In this document: positions 59,667-64,000 of the stretch, piece after piece | Layout: each line of letters opens with the position of its first letter | Position numbering within the stretch: position 1 is the stretch's first letter | Source of the DNA: Patescibacteria group bacterium | GTDB taxonomy: Bacteria > Patescibacteriota > Patescibacteriia > JAXHNJ01 | Assembly: GCA_034520665.1 (NCBI GenBank) | Contig: JAXHNJ010000001.1 | Span: 386,579-450,578 of the forward strand | Reading direction: 5' to 3' | DNA length: 64,000 bases | The notes under the pieces: model-generated | What the model was told of the DNA's origin: nothing | Databases searched by the model: none | The model's input: only the letters and a program-made list of their open reading frames with translations | Program-made: the position numbers and the translations under genes

Positions 59667-61442
59667 TTATTTACGACTTTTATGGCGATCCGTTTCTTTC
59701 AAAAATTTCTTGCGCAGACGGATAGACCGCGGGGTAATTTCAAGATACTCATCACTATCCATAAACTCAAGACCACGCTCAATAGTTAAATCAATCGGGG
59801 CTATAAGATTAATGGCCTCATCACTGCCTGAGGCCCGCATATTAGTCAGTTTCTTGCCTTTAGTCGGATTGACCGTCATTTCATCGCCTTTGGCTGTATT
59901 ACCAATAACCATCCCCTCATAGACGACTGTATTGGGTTTAATATAGAGCTGCCCTCTATTCTGTAAATTAAATAAGGCGTAGCCTAAGGCCTTACCTGAA
60001 GTCATCGAAACCATGGAGCCGACGGACCGTGATTTGATTTCTCCAACATACTCTTGAAAGCCCAAATTTTCCGAAGAAATAGTCCCCTCCCCTCTGGTGT
60101 CCATAATAAATTCCCCCCGATAGCCAAGCAGGCCGCGAGACGGTATTTCAAAAGTCAGACGGGTCATCTCTTGGGTGCATAAATTTGTCATCACTCCTTT
60201 ACGGCTCTGGAGTTTTTCAATCACGGCACCGGACATTTCATTAGGCACATCAATAGTCACTAATTCAAAAGGTTCCAGGCGCTTATTATTTTTTTCTTTA
60301 TATATTACATGGGGCTGAGAAACCTGCATCTCATAACCCTCTCTTCTCATCTGTTCAAATAAAATAACCAGGTGCATTTCTCCCCGGCCAAATATTTTGT
60401 AGTATTCTTTATTATCAAAATCAATCTTCAAACCGACATTAACCTCCAGTTCTTTTTTTAAGCGTGCTTTTAGCTGACTATTAGTCACCTTTTTTCCCTC
60501 TTGCCCGGCCAAGGGTGAATTATTAACCATCAGGTGAACCGAAATGGTCGGCTCATCAACATGAATAGCACTAAGATTTTTCTGGCTTTTACTGTGGCAA
60601 ATTGTTTCGCCAATATCAATATCACCAATGCCAGAGACCATAGCAATATCCCCGGCTTCAGCTTTATCTACCTCTTGGCGGTCAAAGCCCTGGAAAGTAA
60701 AAATCTTGGTAATATTGGAACTTCGAAATTCACCATTCGGCTTCTTGATAATCACCTTTTCTCCTTTTTTTATAACCCCTTCATATACTCGCCCAATACC
60801 CATGCGTCCCAGAAAGTCATCATAAGCCAGATTAAAGGGTTGGAAACGTAAAAGTCGACTGGTTTGGTGAGAAGCCACTGGCACTTTTTCTAAAATCATA
60901 GCCAAAAGAGGGGTTAAGTCTTTTGATTGATCGGCTAGATTTTTCCGGGCTATTCCCTGAGAACCAATGGTGTAAATAACCGGAAAATCCAGCTGTTTAT
61001 TATTGGCCCCTAAATTCATAAATAATTCCAATATCATCTCCTCCACTGCTTCGATTCGGGCGGCCGGTTTATCAATTTTATTAATAACCACAATCGGCCT
61101 AAGACCCAGCTCAAGGGATTTTTTTAAGACATAGCGAGTTTGCGGCATCGGGCCTTCCTGGGCGTCGACTACCAGTAAGACCGAATCAATTGAACGCAAA
61201 ACACGCTCTACCTCTGATCCAAAATCAGCGTGGCCCGGGGTGTCAACAATATTAATTTTGGTACCCTGATAGAACAAGGCCGTGTTCTTGGCGTAGATGG
61301 TTATGCCGCGCTCTTTTTCCAGCACGTCTGAATCCATTGATAGAGTTTCATCAGATAGACCGGTTTGCCGAAGCAAAGCATCGGTCAGGGTAGTTTTGCC
61401 ATGATCCACATGGGCGATAATAGCGATATTTCTAATTTCCAT
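59667..61442 (-). CDS. typA: translational GTPase TypA/BipA
   Basis: [14 protein letters not shown]1 motif, [13 protein letters not shown], and EF-G-like domains III-V. Confidence 0.95.
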   Translation of the reverse strand: MEIRNIAIIAHVDHGKTTLTDALLRQTGLSDETLSMDSDVLEKERGITIYAKNTALFYQGTKINIVDTPGHADFGSEVERVLRSIDSVLLVVDAQEGPMPQTRYVLKKSLELGLRPIVVINKIDKPAARIEAVEEMILELFMNLGANNKQLDFPVIYTIGSQGIARKNLADQSKDLTPLLAMILEKVPVASHQTSRLLRFQPFNLAYDDFLGRMGIGRVYEGVIKKGEKVIIKKPNGEFRSSNITKIFTFQGFDRQEVDKAEAGDIAMVSGIGDIDIGETICHSKSQKNLSAIHVDEPTISVHLMVNNSPLAGQEGKKVTNSQLKARLKKELEVNVGLKIDFDNKEYYKIFGRGEMHLVILFEQMRREGYEMQVSQPHVIYKEKNNKRLEPFELVTIDVPNEMSGAVIEKLQSRKGVMTNLCTQEMTRLTFEIPSRGLLGYRGEFIMDTRGEGTISSENLGFQEYVGEIKSRSVGSMVSMTSGKALGYALFNLQNRGQLYIKPNTVVYEGMVIGNTAKGDEMTVNPTKGKKLTNMRASGSDEAINLIAPIDLTIERGLEFMDSDEYLEITPRSIRLRKKFLKETDRHKSRK

Positions 61443-61664
61443 AATTATTTTAAAACCGGCTACTTTTTGAGAGCCGGAATTTTCCTTCTCTTTGTTAAGT
61501 TGTTTAGTATTATAGCAGAAAATCAGTTACTGTCAAGTTTATGGTTATTTAAACCTTTTTTTTACCCTCCTTACCTAAAGTCCGTATGAAAATAATATTT
61601 TCTTTTTTCCTAACCACTTCAGATGCTTACTCATGAAATAGAAAATAAGGTCGATCATTAAAGA

Positions 61665-61692
61665 GTAGATGTCAGTCGCGACTGACATCTAC
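61665..61692. promoter_or_regulatory. 28-nt perfect palindrome GTAGATGTCAGTCG|CGACTGACATCTAC in the typA / NUDIX divergent intergenic region
   Basis: Exact inverted symmetry was verified base by base. A GC-rich stretch at 61740-61835 lies between it and the NUDIX gene. Confidence 0.5.
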
Positions 61693-61923
61693 GGGTGGTC
61701 AACAACATAGAGAAATTTTTCTAAATCAGATATAAGGATCTCTCCACCTAGCCTGCCCCAATCCGCGCCTGCGGTGAGCGGAGTCACGCTGAGCCTGACG
61801 AAGTCGAACCGTCGAGGGGGTCGAGATGGATATAATATTTTCCAAACCCAAAAAACCACAACTTTACCAGCCGCCATAACTAAAACCTAAATAAAAACCA
61901 GCCAAGTATGCTATACTGGACCT

Positions 61924-62352
61924 ATGAAAAAGTTCAAGGTTAATCAGCCGGAAAAGAATAAAAAATATCAATCCCGAGCCGGGGCTTACGCTTTAATTAT
62001 TAAAGATAATTTACTGGCCGTGGTTAAAACAGAGACCGGTTATTTTTTACCGGGGGGCGGTCTAGAAAAAGGTGAATCCAAAAAAGATTGCTTAATTAGA
62101 GAATGCCGGGAAGAAATTGGCCTGGAAATTAATATTATTAAAAAACTCAGCCAAGGTCTTTATTACTTTTTTTCAACTACTAAAAATATTGATATGGCCA
62201 GTCTTGGTCATTTTTACCAAGTAGAAATTAAAAAAGTTTTAAATATCCCGACCGAAAAAAATCACCAATTAATCTGGCTAAAACCCTCAAAAGCCATAGA
62301 ATTATTATTTTTAGAGAATCAAAAAGAAGCGGTCAGGCTTTTTGTTAAATAA
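61924..62352 (+). CDS. NUDIX hydrolase
   Basis: Nudix box GGGLEKGESKKDCLIRECREEIGLEI (GX5EX7REUXEEXGU). Confidence 0.85.
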   Translation: MKKFKVNQPEKNKKYQSRAGAYALIIKDNLLAVVKTETGYFLPGGGLEKGESKKDCLIRECREEIGLEINIIKKLSQGLYYFFSTTKNIDMASLGHFYQVEIKKVLNIPTEKNHQLIWLKPSKAIELLFLENQKEAVRLFVK

Positions 62353-62405
62353 AAAAAACCAACTTCGGATGGAAGCTGTTTTATTATATTATTTTTGTCA
62401 TTTTA

Positions 62406-62786
62406 TTAATTTTTACTTTTACCAATCTTCTCTAATTCAATTATCTCACTAATTTCTTTTATTTGCTTTTCAATAATTTCTATAATGTTTTTTAAATTTT
62501 TAGTTTGATCATCTGTAAGAGGGTCAATACCCCCATTAGTAAGACCTTCAAGCTCTACTTTAACTTTAAATAAATCAGAGCGCTGTAAGGGTAGCAACTG
62601 ATTTATTATAAACCTTAAATCCTTATCATCAACAGTCTTTTTCTTTTTTAATCTGCTAGTAACCAGAATTTTGTGTCTTTCCCAGGGAGGCGGAATTTTA
62701 TAGCCAGTTTGTTTCATATTTTTTCTTCCCCTGCCCGCCGAAGTTTTAGCGGAGGCGGGCTCTGATGAGGGGTTAGTAGCCGACAT
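62406..62786 (-). CDS. hypothetical protein (may start at the internal Met near 62717)
   Basis: It lies downstream of and overlaps the HNH gene. The C-terminal half is predicted helical, and the N-terminal 23 codons are GC-rich. Confidence 0.35.
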   Translation of the reverse strand: MSATNPSSEPASAKTSAGRGRKNMKQTGYKIPPPWERHKILVTSRLKKKKTVDDKDLRFIINQLLPLQRSDLFKVKVELEGLTNGGIDPLTDDQTKNLKNIIEIIEKQIKEISEIIELEKIGKSKN

Positions 62787-63285
62787 CCTTACTATTTAAA
62801 TTATCAATAAATTCACTTCCCTTATCTGTTATCTGCAAATAATCTGGATTAGATTTCATACCGCCGATTTTCACTCCAGCTGGAGTTTGTATCCATTTAA
62901 TAAAACCTGCTTCGATTATTCTTTTCACTAATAAAATTAAGTATGAAGGAAATTGCATTGCTTGACCAGGCGGAATTCTATTTAACTCAAATAAAACATC
63001 AATTTCAAAAGCGCTGAACCTATCATATAAATATATGAGATTGCTTTTGTACATTCTCAAACTTTTTCTATCTATTTTTCCTTGTTCAGCTAATCTGTGA
63101 CAATTTGGACAAAGCGCGATCAAATTACTGTATTCATGTTTTTTAACCTTACTCCATGGAACAATATGATGTATATCAACCACAATATTTCTGCATGTCG
63201 GAATTGCACATCTATGTCCTGCTTCAACTAAAACTTTTCTTTTTAGATTGGCGGGAATTTTAGTACGATTTTCTTCTTTGGCCAT
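62773..63285 (-). CDS. HNH endonuclease-domain protein with uncharacterised C-terminal domain
   Basis: CAIPTCRN...DIHHIVPWS...NLIALCPNCHRL HNH / zinc-finger motifs. Confidence 0.75.
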   Translation of the reverse strand: MAKEENRTKIPANLKRKVLVEAGHRCAIPTCRNIVVDIHHIVPWSKVKKHEYSNLIALCPNCHRLAEQGKIDRKSLRMYKSNLIYLYDRFSAFEIDVLFELNRIPPGQAMQFPSYLILLVKRIIEAGFIKWIQTPAGVKIGGMKSNPDYLQITDKGSEFIDNLNSKDVGY

Positions 63286-63358
63286 ATTATAATTTGATTA
63301 TAATTAAAAAGCGCTTCAATTTTAGCTCTAAAAGAGGTGGAAGTCAAGGGAAGAATAT

Positions 63359-63925
63359 TTAATATTTTTTTTGAATATTATTAATTTCTTTTGCGTTTTT
63401 TAAGAATATCTTTAGCCACTCCTCCTTGCTTTTTTCTATAATAAATTTATCTTTCTCTATTCTATTTTTACATTCATTTAATATATTTTTGGCCTTCTTT
63501 TTGAATCTTTTATCATTTGGAGCAACAAATTTATTTTTATTATAATTTACATAAAAAGCTTCTTGTTTATTAACATCCATTATAATTGCTTTTTGTTTCC
63601 TTGAAAGAAATGTTCTAGTAATGTAGTTAATAGTAACTTTCTTTTTGGAATTTGCCAGAATACTTCTTGAAATTTTATTTATATGACTTTTATATTTTTT
63701 AATAAAAATTTTCTGGCTATTAGGACGTTCATTTATTATATTGATAATCTCACTCCCAACCATTATTAATTTACCTAATTCCTCAAAACTAATAACACCA
63801 AGCACATATGCTCTTGAATATCTTTTATTATTAAATAATATCTTTGCTTCTTCATATAAATTAACAGCATTTTTATATACTAAAAACATGCCATCAATAG
63901 TTTTTTTAATATTTTTTTTATTCAT
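63359..63925 (-). CDS. hypothetical protein, possibly HEPN/AbiV-like abortive-infection family
   Basis: 188 aa. An N-terminal helix pair with a SFEELGK motif resembles the AbiV-type conserved EExGK; this is a weak, memory-based assignment. Confidence 0.3.
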   Translation of the reverse strand: MNKKNIKKTIDGMFLVYKNAVNLYEEAKILFNNKRYSRAYVLGVISFEELGKLIMVGSEIINIINERPNSQKIFIKKYKSHINKISRSILANSKKKVTINYITRTFLSRKQKAIIMDVNKQEAFYVNYNKNKFVAPNDKRFKKKAKNILNECKNRIEKDKFIIEKSKEEWLKIFLKNAKEINNIQKKY

Positions 63926-64000
63926 AAAAAATTAATAATATTCTAAAATGGAGCTATTATTAAGTATAGTAATTAAGAATTGTCTATTTTTTCCTATTAT

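Noticed and set aside
61795-61815. tRNA-like T-arm (GACGG-TTCGACT-TCGTC) on the minus strand, considered as a tRNA or tmRNA gene
   Set aside because: No complementary acceptor 5' strand (TGAGCCT) or D/anticodon arms in the flanking ~80 nt, and no tmRNA-like GGGG...CCA termini. It is retained only as part of a candidate structured leader.
61689-61877. 62-aa minus-strand ORF in the typA/NUDIX intergenic region
   Set aside because: It lies entirely within the GC-rich palindromic element. It is low-complexity and proline/arginine-rich, as typical of GC-rich non-coding sequence translated out of context.
1-64000. rRNA genes, canonical tRNA genes, IS elements with terminal inverted repeats
   Set aside because: No stretch shows the characteristic GC-rich conserved rRNA or tRNA cloverleaf segments, and no transposase ORF was seen. 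The only recombinase is the tyrosine integrase.

Overview
This is an AT-rich, very compact bacterial segment; its gene content and style (K/E-rich tails on ribosomal proteins, truncated aminoacyl-tRNA synthetases, densely overlapping genes) resemble a Patescibacteria/CPR-type genome, though that assignment is only inference. The core is a minus-strand array of about 34 kb (about 6.4 to 40.4 kb). Its genes are nearly contiguous and include iscU, an anion permease, ftsQ-ddl-alr, serS, lysS, greA, mrdA-mreD-mreC-mreB, proS, rseP, frr, holB, a roughly 12 kb cell-surface glycan cluster, and the ribosomal block rpsI-rplM-rplQ-rpoA-rpsD-rpsK-rpsM-rpmJ-infA. The glycan cluster holds GT2 and GT4 transferases, a Wzy-like polymerase, a Wzx-like flippase, a second MreB paralogue and a DUF4012-like membrane protein. 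Past the array come ispH, alaS, mnmA, a DEAD-box helicase, typA and a NUDIX hydrolase. Accessory content sits at three places. (1) The left end carries a two-gene module: an 858-aa ABC/Rad50-type ATPase with coiled coil and CxxC zinc hook, RloC-like, overlapping a 207-aa protein with PD-(D/E)xK-like motifs. A tyrosine integrase, a patatin-like phospholipase, a GC-rich GNAT-like gene and a diverged duplicate of the iscU 3' end follow, consistent with an integrated island at iscU. (2) Two plus-strand genes for large secreted or surface-anchored repeat proteins (504 aa with three tail-fibre-like motif copies; 1043 aa with a 98-nt near-perfect direct repeat) interrupt the minus-strand array. (3) The right end holds an HNH endonuclease, a small ORF and a candidate HEPN/AbiV-like gene. 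Candidate non-coding elements are two 76-nt direct repeats with a conserved hairpin (56.7-57.0 kb), a GC-rich structured stretch with a 28-nt perfect palindrome upstream of typA, and several intrinsic terminators. No rRNA, tRNA or CRISPR array was recognised.
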